Shown here: one piece after another, positions 55,156-64,000 of the stretch
How the letters are laid out: each line of letters starts with the position of its first letter
Position numbering within the stretch: the stretch's first letter is position 1
NCBI GenBank assembly: GCA_913009335.1
Contig: CAJVXN010000006.1
Span: forward strand, 562 to 64,561
Direction: 5' to 3'
Length of the DNA stretch: 64,000 bases
Source: an uncultured bacterium
GTDB lineage: Bacteria > Omnitrophota > Gorgyraeia > Ghiorseimicrobiales > Ghiorseimicrobiaceae
Notes under the pieces: generated by a model
Told to the model about the DNA's origin: nothing
The model's input: the letters and a program-made list of their open reading frames with translations, nothing else
Databases searched by the model: none
Program-made: the position numbers and the translations under genes

Positions 55156-55158
55156 CTA

Positions 55159-56235
55159 ATGTTTACCCACGGTGGAAACATAGAAGAGCTAAAGGAAAAG
55201 TTTTCTCCTAAAATAAACAACGTTTTAGATTTTAGCAGCAATCTAAACCCTTTAAATACCCCGCTTAAAATACGCGAAACAATAAAAAATAATCTGAAGA
55301 GCATCGGGGGGTATCCGGATATTTATTCCCGCAGGACGAGGAATTTTATCGCGCGTTTCCATAAAGTTTCAGAGGAGAATATCCTGATTACCAACGGCTC
55401 CATTGAGGCGATTTATTTTACCGCCCGCCTTTTGAGCACAAAAACAAGCCTGATTGCTTTACCGACATTTAGCGAATATGAAAGAGCAATAAAAGCCAAT
55501 AGAGGGATGTGTCGATATGTAAAAACGAACCCGGAAAACGATTTTAATCTTAATGTAGAGAAAATAGCTAAATTAATCAAAAAAGTGCATGCTCTGTGGA
55601 TATGTAATCCCAATAATCCCACATCTAAAGTTTGCTCCTATGATGAATTATTGTTTTTGGCTAAGAGAGCGAACGTAAATAACGCCCTTTTTATTATAGA
55701 CGAGGCCTTTATCGATTTCCTGCCAAACCCGGACAAAGCTTCCCTCGTAAAGGCATTAAGTGATACTAGAAATATTTTAATAATACGTTCTCTTACAAAA
55801 TTTTTTACTATTGCTGGATTAAGAGTGGGTTATCTAATAGCAGATAAACGCCTGATCAAGCGATTATCTAACTTTTCTTATCCCTGGGCAGTAAATTACT
55901 TTGCGCAAGAATGCGCAAAATGCGCCTTTTTAGATAATAGATACATAAATAAAAGTCGGGGCCTAATAAGTAAAGAAAAGGATTTTTTATACGATAAGCT
56001 TTGTGAATTTAAAGAATTAAAGGTGTATTATCCTTATGTAAATTTTATTCTCTGCCGGATATTAACACAAAGGATTAATTCACATCAATTATTTACAAAA
56101 TTGGCAAAAAAGGGAATATTTATACGTGATTGTAGTAATTTTCGCGGTTTAAATAATCAATATTTTCGCCTGGCAATTAAAACAAGAAAAGATAATGCCT
56201 GTATTTTAGGCGAGCTAAAAAAGATACTGAAATGA
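55159..56235 (+). CDS. cobD: Threonine-phosphate decarboxylase
   Basis: HGG, DFSSNLNP, CNPNNPT, DEAFIDF, SLTKFF, IRDCSNF. Confidence 0.92.
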   Translation: MFTHGGNIEELKEKFSPKINNVLDFSSNLNPLNTPLKIRETIKNNLKSIGGYPDIYSRRTRNFIARFHKVSEENILITNGSIEAIYFTARLLSTKTSLIALPTFSEYERAIKANRGMCRYVKTNPENDFNLNVEKIAKLIKKVHALWICNPNNPTSKVCSYDELLFLAKRANVNNALFIIDEAFIDFLPNPDKASLVKALSDTRNILIIRSLTKFFTIAGLRVGYLIADKRLIKRLSNFSYPWAVNYFAQECAKCAFLDNRYINKSRGLISKEKDFLYDKLCEFKELKVYYPYVNFILCRILTQRINSHQLFTKLAKKGIFIRDCSNFRGLNNQYFRLAIKTRKDNACILGELKKILK

Positions 56236-57788
56236 CTTTGCGTCCAATACAAATATGGGGTACAGGATCAGATGTTGGAAAAAGCATAATCGTCTCTGGC
56301 TTATGCCGTATATTTAAACAAGATGGCCTATCTGTTGCGCCGTTTAAGGCGCAAAATATGGCTCTTAATTCATTCGTCACAGAAGACGGGGGTGAAATAG
56401 GGCGCGCCCAGGCAGAGCAAGCAAAGGCATCATGTATCCCAGCCACTACAGACATGAATCCGATACTACTAAAGCCTACCTCTGACAGAAAAGCTCAAGT
56501 CATCCTGCAAGGTAAGCCCTTGGGCAATATGGATGCGCTTAAATATATAAAATCCAAGCTTAGTTTATTTAAAAAGGTCAAAGAATCTTACGGTCGGCTA
56601 GTGAAAAAGCATGATCTTATTATTATTGAAGGTGCCGGTAGTCCGGCTGAGATAAATTTAAAGAAACACGATATTGTAAATCTAAAAATGGCAGAATATT
56701 CCGATGCGGCAGTCTTATTAGTAGGTGATATAGACAAGGGGGGGGTATTTGCGAGTTTGTGCGGCACACTTGCATTACTTACGAAAGACGAACGTAAACG
56801 AATAAAAGGTTTTATTATAAATAAATTCCGGGGTGATAAACGCCTGCTTACTAGTGGGTTAAAATTCCTGGAGAAAAAAACCGGGAAAAAAGTTCTAGGG
56901 GTAATTCCTTATATAAAGGACTTAAAAATCCACCAGGAGGATTCTGTCTGTTTAGATAAGTACTACGGTTTAAAAAAACCCGATAAGAAAAAATTGATAA
57001 ATATTGCGGTTATAGGGCTTCCGCATATGTCGAATTTTACGGATTTTGATGCTTTAGAAAACGAACCTTGCCTGGATTTAAGATATGTGCGTGAGAAACA
57101 TGAACTTGAAAACGTGGATGTAATAATTATCCCGGGCACAAAAAACACAATTGGCGATCTGCGTTATTTAAAAACTTCCGGTATTGCTAAAACTATACTA
57201 TCTAAAGTAAGCAACAATAGTAAAATTATTTTAATCGGTATCTGCGGCGGATTTCAAATGTTGGGAGAAGTTATAAAAGATCCCTACAGTATCGAATCAT
57301 CACAAAAAGAAATAACGGGATTGGGATTATTCAACATAAAAACAACTCTTACAAAGCATAAAAAAACCTACCAGGTAAGGGCCATTGATACACTATGGGG
57401 TAAAAATATATCAGGCTATGAAATCCATCACGGCAAAACTCTAAAATCTGATAATCTAGAACCGCGATTTAAAATTACTAAGCGTCAAGACGCATCTGGT
57501 AAATTTTACGACGGCGCAATAAGCAGGGACCGGCGTATTTGGGGAACTTATATCCATGGTTTATTTGATAGCAATGATTTTAGAGAAGATTTCCTAAAAA
57601 AAATAATGAAAGTAAAAGGTGTAAAATATCCAGGCTTTAAATCTGCATCATTTAGACCGGACGATGAATTTAACAGGATTGCTCGCGCGTTAAGAGAAAA
57701 TATCGATATGAATTATCTAGATAAAATCATAAATAGAACATTAACCGTCATAAAAAGGGAGGTGAGGGATGAAAAAAAAGGTAGTTAA
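56232..57788 (+). CDS. cobQ: Cobyric acid synthase
   Basis: GTGSDVGKS, PFKAQNM, EGAGSPAEINL, SNFTDF, GICGGFQM, GYEIH, GTYIHG. Confidence 0.97.
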   Translation: MTLRPIQIWGTGSDVGKSIIVSGLCRIFKQDGLSVAPFKAQNMALNSFVTEDGGEIGRAQAEQAKASCIPATTDMNPILLKPTSDRKAQVILQGKPLGNMDALKYIKSKLSLFKKVKESYGRLVKKHDLIIIEGAGSPAEINLKKHDIVNLKMAEYSDAAVLLVGDIDKGGVFASLCGTLALLTKDERKRIKGFIINKFRGDKRLLTSGLKFLEKKTGKKVLGVIPYIKDLKIHQEDSVCLDKYYGLKKPDKKKLINIAVIGLPHMSNFTDFDALENEPCLDLRYVREKHELENVDVIIIPGTKNTIGDLRYLKTSGIAKTILSKVSNNSKIILIGICGGFQMLGEVIKDPYSIESSQKEITGLGLFNIKTTLTKHKKTYQVRAIDTLWGKNISGYEIHHGKTLKSDNLEPRFKITKRQDASGKFYDGAISRDRRIWGTYIHGLFDSNDFREDFLKKIMKVKGVKYPGFKSASFRPDDEFNRIARALRENIDMNYLDKIINRTLTVIKREVRDEKKGS

Positions 57789-57921
57789 GAATAAAAAACA
57801 GAACCGTCAAAAGTTTGATAACGCAACAGTAGCATATCGTCTAAAATGCGCAAAAACTGGTAACGGGCTTTCGCATTTCGTGATGTATGGCGATGCGCCA
57901 AAAGATCAATCACCAGTATAA
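57769..57921 (+). CDS. cbpA: Modified-peptide precursor, CbpA-like (50 aa: MKKKVVKNKKQNRQKFDNATVAYRLKCAKTGNGLSHFVMYGDAPKDQSPV); absent from the ORF track
   Basis: Translated by hand; strong GGAGGTG Shine-Dalgarno; AYRxxCxxxGxGLSH motif recalled from the CbpA family; directly upstream of the radical SAM/SPASM gene. Confidence 0.8.
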   Translation: MKKKVVKNKKQNRQKFDNATVAYRLKCAKTGNGLSHFVMYGDAPKDQSPV

Positions 57922-57934
57922 TACTATCATCTTG

Positions 57935-58009
57935 AGTAGATAGCATGTATCGTTTTCCTCCGGGAGGAGTTTTTCCCTGGGGGGGGCAAGGCATTATATG
58001 CTATCTACT
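57935..58009. promoter_or_regulatory. Long stem-loop between precursor and maturase genes
   Basis: AGTAGATAGCATGTA...TATATGCTATCTACT 15-bp arms (one G-U pair). Confidence 0.6.
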
Positions 58010-58026
58010 AACATTGGAGATAATAC

Positions 58027-59340
58027 ATGAAACAGGGGCTAGATATTTTTAACATAACTGATACGCGCCGCCGGGCGATTACGGACGCAGATAATCTTTT
58101 CTGGGCAATATTACCTAAGGGTAGTGATGAATCAAGCAAATTATCAAGAGATGTATTAAGAGTATATGATAAATTTAAGGATTCACTGGATAAAAATATG
58201 CATGATTTTAGGTTCAGCAAGAAACTTTCAGCTGTTTATATCAATCCAACGGATAAGTGTAACGCAAGCTGTCCTTATTGTTATGTGCCGCCTGCAATCA
58301 GGAAAAACGGACGCTCAATGAACAAAGAAGAACTTGAGTTTATATTGAACAAAATTTATAAGCATACGAAGAGCGCTTCAAAAAAAATGGTGATTGTTTT
58401 TCATGCCAGCGAGCCTTTATTAGTAAAAGATGTTGTATTTTCGGCAATCAATAAATTTAAGAATAAGTTCCTTTTTGGCCTGCAGACAAATGCTTTGCTA
58501 CTTACAAAAAAAGATGTCGATTTTCTTATTAAGCACCGTGTAGGAGTAGGGATATCTCTTGATTCGCAAAATTCTAAAATCAATAACAGACTCAGATCCG
58601 GAAATTTTAATCAGGTAAATAAAGCTCTTAAATGGTTCAACGGTTATGCCGGACTAAATGTAATTACTACGGTTACAAAATATAATGTTCGGGGCTTAGA
58701 AAAACTAGTAAGATTCCTACATAAAAAGAAGGTATCTTGTATTCTTTTAAATCCTGTGCGTCTTACTCAGAAATATTCCAGAAAACTAAAACCGGACCAG
58801 GAACTATTGGCAAGAGAATTCTTAAAAGCTGTTGATACTGCCATTGATTTAACAATTAATTCAAAACGTCCCATAATTATCGCGAATTTTGCTAATATTA
58901 TCTTAGGTATTGTCTCGCCCTTTGCCAGACGCCTTATGTGTGATATCTCGCCATGCGGGGGAGGAAGATGCTTCTTTACGATAACCGCGCGGGGTGAGAT
59001 GATTCCCTGCGGTGAATTTATCGGTATTCGTGATTCATCCGGAGGTAATATATTTCGCGACAGCATCACAAAGGCTATTGAATCAAAGCCATTTAAAAGT
59101 GTACGGGGACGATTTGTGGAGAAAATAGAGGAGTGCGATATATGCACTTTTAGGAATATCTGCGGCTCTCCCTGTCCGGCTGAGCTTCACGCGATGGACA
59201 GATTTAATAAGAAAGCGGTATTCTGTGAATTCTATAAGAAAATAATACAGCATGCTTTTAAGCTTATTGCTCAAGGCAAGGAAAAACATGCTTTACGCAA
59301 AGATATTCTAGGTAATCTTAAATACGAATATCAACTATAA
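58027..59340 (+). CDS. cbpB: Peptide-modifying radical SAM/SPASM enzyme, CbpB-like
   Basis: NPTDKCNASCPYC; RRLMCDISPCGGGRCFF, PCGEF, CDIC...ICGSPCPAE...FC SPASM cysteines; cob operon context. Confidence 0.8.
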   Translation: MKQGLDIFNITDTRRRAITDADNLFWAILPKGSDESSKLSRDVLRVYDKFKDSLDKNMHDFRFSKKLSAVYINPTDKCNASCPYCYVPPAIRKNGRSMNKEELEFILNKIYKHTKSASKKMVIVFHASEPLLVKDVVFSAINKFKNKFLFGLQTNALLLTKKDVDFLIKHRVGVGISLDSQNSKINNRLRSGNFNQVNKALKWFNGYAGLNVITTVTKYNVRGLEKLVRFLHKKKVSCILLNPVRLTQKYSRKLKPDQELLAREFLKAVDTAIDLTINSKRPIIIANFANIILGIVSPFARRLMCDISPCGGGRCFFTITARGEMIPCGEFIGIRDSSGGNIFRDSITKAIESKPFKSVRGRFVEKIEECDICTFRNICGSPCPAELHAMDRFNKKAVFCEFYKKIIQHAFKLIAQGKEKHALRKDILGNLKYEYQL

Positions 59341-59351
59341 TTCTTAAAACC

Positions 59352-59382
59352 ACCCATGTACACCTCGTAGGTGTACATGGGT
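59352..59382. repeat. Perfect 14-bp palindrome before cbiB
   Basis: ACCCATGTACACCT-cgt-AGGTGTACATGGGT. Confidence 0.8.
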
Positions 59383-59392
59383 AAATAGATAG

Positions 59393-60337
59393 ATGGAAAT
59401 AATTATTATTATAGCTGCGGCATTTTTCATGGATTTGCTTTTTGGGGATCCCAGGTGGAGATATCATCCTGTGCGTATCATGGGCAAATTAATCGCGGCT
59501 TTCGAGAAGATTTTATACCGCCTAAATTTTAAGAAAATTGCGGGGTTTATTCTTGTACTACTTGTTATAATACACGGCTATGTGGCTGTAAAAATTATCG
59601 AAAGCGCCGCAAACCATTTTCATCCGCTGGCAGGCTCATTTATATCGGTCTTTCTAATTTATAGTTGTTTATCAATTAAAGATCTAAAAGATGAAAGTAT
59701 GCCGGTATATCAGGCACTCGCTGCTAAAAACATAAGCCTTGCCCGTCAAAAAGTCTCACGTATTGTCGGTAGGGATACTAAAAACATGAACGATAATGAA
59801 ATCACCCGCGCGACAGTTGAGACAATAGCCGAAAGCACTTTAGACGGCATAATAGCGCCCCTATTTTACGCGTTTTTGGGAGGAATCCACCTTATTGTTG
59901 TCTATAAAATAGTCAACACAATGGATTCGATGATCGGGCATCAGAATCAGCGATACAAAGACTTTGGCTGGGCAGCAGCAAAAACAGATGAAATATTTAA
60001 TTTCGTACCATCCAGGATATGCGCATTTTTGTTCTTTCTTTGCGGTGTAATGCAAAAAAGGAAATCAGCGCTAAAAATTATAAATTTAATCAAGACTAAA
60101 GTATTTATTTTTGCCTCACCTTCTAAAATTCCTCAGATTTCAATGGCGGAGTTACTCGGTATTAAATTAGGAGGCACAAATTACTACAATAACGAAAAAC
60201 GAATAACCCCAATAATGGGAAGCGGAAATAATCAATTATTGTATGAAGATATAAAAAAAGCAAATTCTATCATGACGGCAGTATCAGTCTTGGGATTAAT
60301 TTGCGGGAGTTTCCTGTTATGGCTAGTGATAAGGTAA
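59393..60337 (+). CDS. cbiB: Adenosylcobinamide-phosphate synthase
   Basis: FGDP..HPV, IVGRDT, ETIAES, NTMDSMIG. Confidence 0.93.
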   Translation: MEIIIIIAAAFFMDLLFGDPRWRYHPVRIMGKLIAAFEKILYRLNFKKIAGFILVLLVIIHGYVAVKIIESAANHFHPLAGSFISVFLIYSCLSIKDLKDESMPVYQALAAKNISLARQKVSRIVGRDTKNMNDNEITRATVETIAESTLDGIIAPLFYAFLGGIHLIVVYKIVNTMDSMIGHQNQRYKDFGWAAAKTDEIFNFVPSRICAFLFFLCGVMQKRKSALKIINLIKTKVFIFASPSKIPQISMAELLGIKLGGTNYYNNEKRITPIMGSGNNQLLYEDIKKANSIMTAVSVLGLICGSFLLWLVIR

Positions 60338-61002
60338 TTTGCCTTTGGAGTGGGGGGAAAGACAGTTGTTTTTCCTACTACAAAGCATTAGAAAAAGGTT
60401 ATTCGATAGGATACCTACTTAATTTCATCAGCGATGATAATAAACATTCCTTATCGCATAATTTAAGCGCTCAAACCCTAAATACCCAGATGCAGGCAAT
60501 AAATATTCCTTTTATTCAGAAAGAGGTCAAAGATAAAAGTTATGCGGATTCTTTTTCTGAAGTGGTTTCTCTTGTTAAAAAAGAGGGTGTTAAAGGAATC
60601 GTATTTGGTGATATTTATTTACGCCCGCATCGCGAATGGATAGAAAAATTCTGCCGCGATAATGATATAAACCCTATTTTTCCATTATGGGAAATACCTA
60701 CTGATAAGATTGTTCGTGAATTTGTATCGCATGGATTTAAAACAACTATTGTAGATGTAAGGAAAAATATAATGGATAAAACATGGCTGGGAAGGATTAT
60801 TGATCATACCTTTATTGATGCACTTAAAGAAATAGATCCATCAATCGATCCATGCGGAGAAAAAGGAGAATTTCATACATTTGTAACTGATGGGCCGATA
60901 TTTAAGCGCAAGATAAATATTATAGAAACTGCTATATCCGAAAATAATACTTATCATACGCTGGATATACTTAAAATTGAAGATGTCAAAAAAGATACTT
61001 AG
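60319..61002 (+). CDS. DUF71/Dph6-like PP-loop ATP pyrophosphatase
   Basis: WSGGKDS, FGDI, FPLW, DPCGEKGEFHTFV. Confidence 0.9.
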   Translation: MASDKVICLWSGGKDSCFSYYKALEKGYSIGYLLNFISDDNKHSLSHNLSAQTLNTQMQAINIPFIQKEVKDKSYADSFSEVVSLVKKEGVKGIVFGDIYLRPHREWIEKFCRDNDINPIFPLWEIPTDKIVREFVSHGFKTTIVDVRKNIMDKTWLGRIIDHTFIDALKEIDPSIDPCGEKGEFHTFVTDGPIFKRKINIIETAISENNTYHTLDILKIEDVKKDT

Positions 61003-61822
61003 CTTATTAATAATTCTATTGTTTTTTGCGGCTGGTATAGCTTGCGCGGAAGGTTACAGCCGTATTATATCAATCGCGCCGTCTGCCACAGAAAGCCTCT
61101 ATGCATTGGGCCTTGGCGATAAACTTATTGCCCTAACCATATATTGTCCTAATCCGTATGCGCTAGATAGCATTGGAACAACTCTTGAGCCTAATATCGA
61201 ACAGATTGTATATCTTGAGCCGGATTTAGTTATTGGCTGTGAAGAAGCTAATAGTACCAGAACCATCGATAAATTAAAAAGTCTCGGCTTAAATGTATTC
61301 TTTATCGAGAAAAGTAAGGATTTCACAGATATCTGCCGTAATTTTATCCTTCTAGGTGCAACTGTAGATAAAAAAGAGTTCGCCCTTACGATTATTAAGA
61401 AAGCAAAAGATGAATTGGATTTAATTAGGCAGAGAACAGAAAAATACCCGGTAAAAAAGGTATTTTGGGAAGTAGGGGCACGCCCATTAATTACTATAAA
61501 TCGCGAAAGTTTTGTTGATGAAATGATTAAGTTTTCGGGCGGGATAAACATATTCTCCAAACTTAAGTCTAAATATCCCCGCATAAACCATGAAGAAGTA
61601 TTAAAAATTAATCCTGACATCATAATACTTACCACTATGGGAGATGTATCCAGCGAAGAAATCCTGCGCTGGAAAAAATATAAAACAATTTCTGCGGTTA
61701 AAGATAATCAAATACATATAATCGATTCCTCATTGGTCTGCTGGCCCATACCTGCTAATTTTGTTAAAGGGGTTAGATACGTATCCAATATCATCCATCC
61801 GGATATAAAAAATGAAAAATAA
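60983..61822 (+). CDS. btuF: Cobalamin ABC transporter periplasmic binding protein
   Basis: Signal peptide, RIISIAPSATE, PNIEQI, NPDII. Confidence 0.85.
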   Translation: MSKKILSLLIILLFFAAGIACAEGYSRIISIAPSATESLYALGLGDKLIALTIYCPNPYALDSIGTTLEPNIEQIVYLEPDLVIGCEEANSTRTIDKLKSLGLNVFFIEKSKDFTDICRNFILLGATVDKKEFALTIIKKAKDELDLIRQRTEKYPVKKVFWEVGARPLITINRESFVDEMIKFSGGINIFSKLKSKYPRINHEEVLKINPDIIILTTMGDVSSEEILRWKKYKTISAVKDNQIHIIDSSLVCWPIPANFVKGVRYVSNIIHPDIKNEK

Positions 61823-62807
61823 AAATAATATTTTCCCTTTTTTTATTCTTATTGCCTTGTTTCTGGCAACTATTGTTTTTTCTTTGATATTCGGTTCAAG
61901 CGATATAGAGCAAAGTAGAATAATCTCTGCATTATTTAGTAAGGGTGGTGATAATGTAACGCGAACGATCCTCTGGCAAATCAGATTGCCGCGTCTGATT
62001 TTGGGTATATTTGTGGGAGCCGGACTTGCAGTGTGTGGAGCGGTTTTTCAAAGCATGCTGCGTAATCCTCTGGCAAGCCCGTATACTTTAGGTATTTCCG
62101 GTGGGTCGGCGTTTGGAGCAACGGTAGGGATTATTTTTGGTTTTGCAGGTTTTTTGCTTCCTATCTTTGCATTCTTAGGCGGGATTATTTCAGTAGGAGT
62201 AATTTATCTTATAGCGCTTAGAAAACGCTTCTCCAATTCTGCTCTGATTCTAAGCGGCGTAATCCTTAGTTTTACATTTTCATCACTTGTACTGCTTTTA
62301 TTTTCAATATCACGCTCAGAAAGGGTTCATAGCGCACTTCTCTGGCTAATCGGGGATTTATCATCAGCTCCTGAGGCCACTATCAAAAGTATTCCTGCTA
62401 TAATTACCTGCGGAATATTAATATTGATATTTTACGGCCGTGACATTAATATCTTAACCCTGGGAGATGAAAAAGCATTATATCTCGGTGTTCGCGTTGA
62501 TATTATTAAAAAAATTATTTTTATAGTTGCTTCTTTTATTACTGCTGCTTGTGTATCTGCTGCGGGCATAATCAGCTTTGTAGGATTGATTATTCCGCAT
62601 TTTATGCGTTATTTTTTTGGTTTAAATCATCGCAGGTTGCTTGTTAGCTGCGCGTTAAGTGGCGCAATATTTTTGGTTTTATGCGACTTACTTGCGCGTA
62701 TAATTATCAAACCGCTTGAGCTTCCCGTTGGAGTAATTACAGGGTTCTTCGGAGGAATATTTTTTCTTATCTTCCTCCTGAAGTCAAAAGATTGGGAAAT
62801 AATCTAA
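61812..62807 (+). CDS. btuC: FecCD-family permease
   Basis: IRLPRL, LRNPLASPYTLGIS, FVGLIIPH, ELPVG. Confidence 0.88.
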   Translation: MKNKNNIFPFFILIALFLATIVFSLIFGSSDIEQSRIISALFSKGGDNVTRTILWQIRLPRLILGIFVGAGLAVCGAVFQSMLRNPLASPYTLGISGGSAFGATVGIIFGFAGFLLPIFAFLGGIISVGVIYLIALRKRFSNSALILSGVILSFTFSSLVLLLFSISRSERVHSALLWLIGDLSSAPEATIKSIPAIITCGILILIFYGRDINILTLGDEKALYLGVRVDIIKKIIFIVASFITAACVSAAGIISFVGLIIPHFMRYFFGLNHRRLLVSCALSGAIFLVLCDLLARIIIKPLELPVGVITGFFGGIFFLIFLLKSKDWEII

Positions 62808-62810
62808 ATT

Positions 62811-63611
62811 ATGGCGATATTAAATGTAAATAACATATCCTGCGGGTACGGCGTTAAAAAAGTAATCAAAGACGTCTCTTTTGAAGTTGAAGCTGGAGAA
62901 TTTGTCGGCATCATCGGACCCAACGGAACAGGCAAAACTACTTTATTTCGAGCTTTAAATAAACTCCTGCCGCTTTCAAAAGGAAAAATCTACTACAAGC
63001 AAAAGGATATTGCGCATATATCCGCCTATACCCTAGCCCAGGAAACAGCAACATTGCCGCAGTTCTTGCAGATGCCCTTTTCGCTACCTGTGGAAGAATT
63101 TGTCGCAATGGGAAGATTTCCGCATCTGGGACGATTTAGAGGTTTTAAAAAACACGATATTGAATGTATTGAACGCGCCCTTACACTAACCGATACAACA
63201 AAACTAAAAGGCAGAAACATATCTGAACTTTCCGCGGGCGAGCGTCAATGCGTATTTTTGGCTCAGGCCTTTGCTCAAGAGCCAAAACTTATCCTTTTAG
63301 ATGAGCCAACAGCACATCTTGATATTACGCATCAGGTAACGATTATGGATATAATCTCAAGGCTCAATAGAGAACAAGGTTTAACCGTACTCATCGTACT
63401 CCACGACTTAAATCTTGCAAGTGAATATTGCAATAAGTTAATCTTACTTAAAGACGGGGGAGTCTATAAACAAGGAGAAAGTGCTCAAGTACTAAACTAT
63501 CAAAATATCGAAGCAGTATATAATACAGTAGTTGTTGTTGAGGAAAACCCTATGAGTAAAAAGCCGTATGTTTTACTCGTTTCTGAACAGCAAAGGAGCA
63601 GGCGATGCTAA
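62811..63611 (+). CDS. btuD: ABC transporter ATPase
   Basis: GPNGTGKT, LSAGERQ, LLDEPTAHLD, HDLNLA. Confidence 0.88.
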   Translation: MAILNVNNISCGYGVKKVIKDVSFEVEAGEFVGIIGPNGTGKTTLFRALNKLLPLSKGKIYYKQKDIAHISAYTLAQETATLPQFLQMPFSLPVEEFVAMGRFPHLGRFRGFKKHDIECIERALTLTDTTKLKGRNISELSAGERQCVFLAQAFAQEPKLILLDEPTAHLDITHQVTIMDIISRLNREQGLTVLIVLHDLNLASEYCNKLILLKDGGVYKQGESAQVLNYQNIEAVYNTVVVVEENPMSKKPYVLLVSEQQRSRRC

Positions 63612-64000
63612 AAAAAGGAATAATTCAAATCTATACAGGCTGCGGTAAAGGCAAAACAACAGCAGCCGTAGGCCAAACAGTTAGAGCGAGAGGTCAAGGA
63701 CTCAAAGTCTCTTTTGTTTATTTCCACAAAGATTCCGATAATCAAAAAAGTGGAGAGATGAGAATTCTTAAAAAAATCGGTGTAGATATATTCTGTTTTG
63801 CAAAAAAACATCCATATCTAAATAAAAAATCACCCCTCAATTGCTTAAAGTTTGAATGCGCAGAAGCTCTTGATTTTATAAGAGATGTATTATTTAAGAA
63901 AAAATACGATATTATTGTTTTGGATGAAGTAAATATTGCGATACGAGACTGTTTCATAAATGAAAATGACCTCATAAAGCTGCTTAGGAACAAACCTAAG
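63605..64000 (+). CDS. cobO: Corrinoid adenosyltransferase (CobO/BtuR), 3' end outside the window; absent from the ORF track
   Basis: MLKKGIIQIYTGCGKGKTTAAVG and YDIIVLDEVN motifs, translated by hand. Confidence 0.92.
   Translation, partial: MLKKGIIQIYTGCGKGKTTAAVGQTVRARGQGLKVSFVYFHKDSDNQKSGEMRILKKIGVDIFCFAKKHPYLNKKSPLNCLKFECAEALDFIRDVLFKKKYDIIVLDEVNIAIRDCFINENDLIKLLRNKPK

Noticed and set aside
11825-63993. Numerous antisense and alternate-frame ORFs of 60-180 aa in the ORF track
   Set aside because: They shadow well-supported genes or RNAs and show no recognisable motifs

Overview
Low-GC bacterial chromosome segment. The gene order (NIF3-dnaG-rpoD...tRNA-Ile2...Zn-ribbon-rnhA-rnpB, several PilZ proteins, a pilin) suggests an anaerobic diderm such as Ca. 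Omnitrophota, but that is inference only. Bases 1-7600 are the right end of a defence island (Gabija-like OLD nuclease plus helicase, HTH protein, PHP-ATPase, large serine recombinase) apparently integrated in the 5' end of miaB. A second, inverted 175-bp copy of that junction lies at 2829-3003. The rest is core genome: tRNA modification, icd/mdh/lpdA/lipB, dnaG-rpoD, c-di-GMP genes, tupABC, rnpB, ruvCA, aromatic amino-acid genes, lepAB, lipid genes, and a cobalamin-riboswitch-controlled cobamide salvage operon. That operon hides a 50-aa CbpA-like peptide precursor, missing from the ORF track, next to its radical SAM/SPASM enzyme. The intergenic DNA carries many small, often nested hairpin elements. 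They include three exactly 123-bp MITE-like elements and a 48-bp relative, each inserted within the first codons of a housekeeping gene (dusB, mdh, lipB, pgsA), and 26-75-bp hairpins inserted in tRNA fragments and RNase P RNA.
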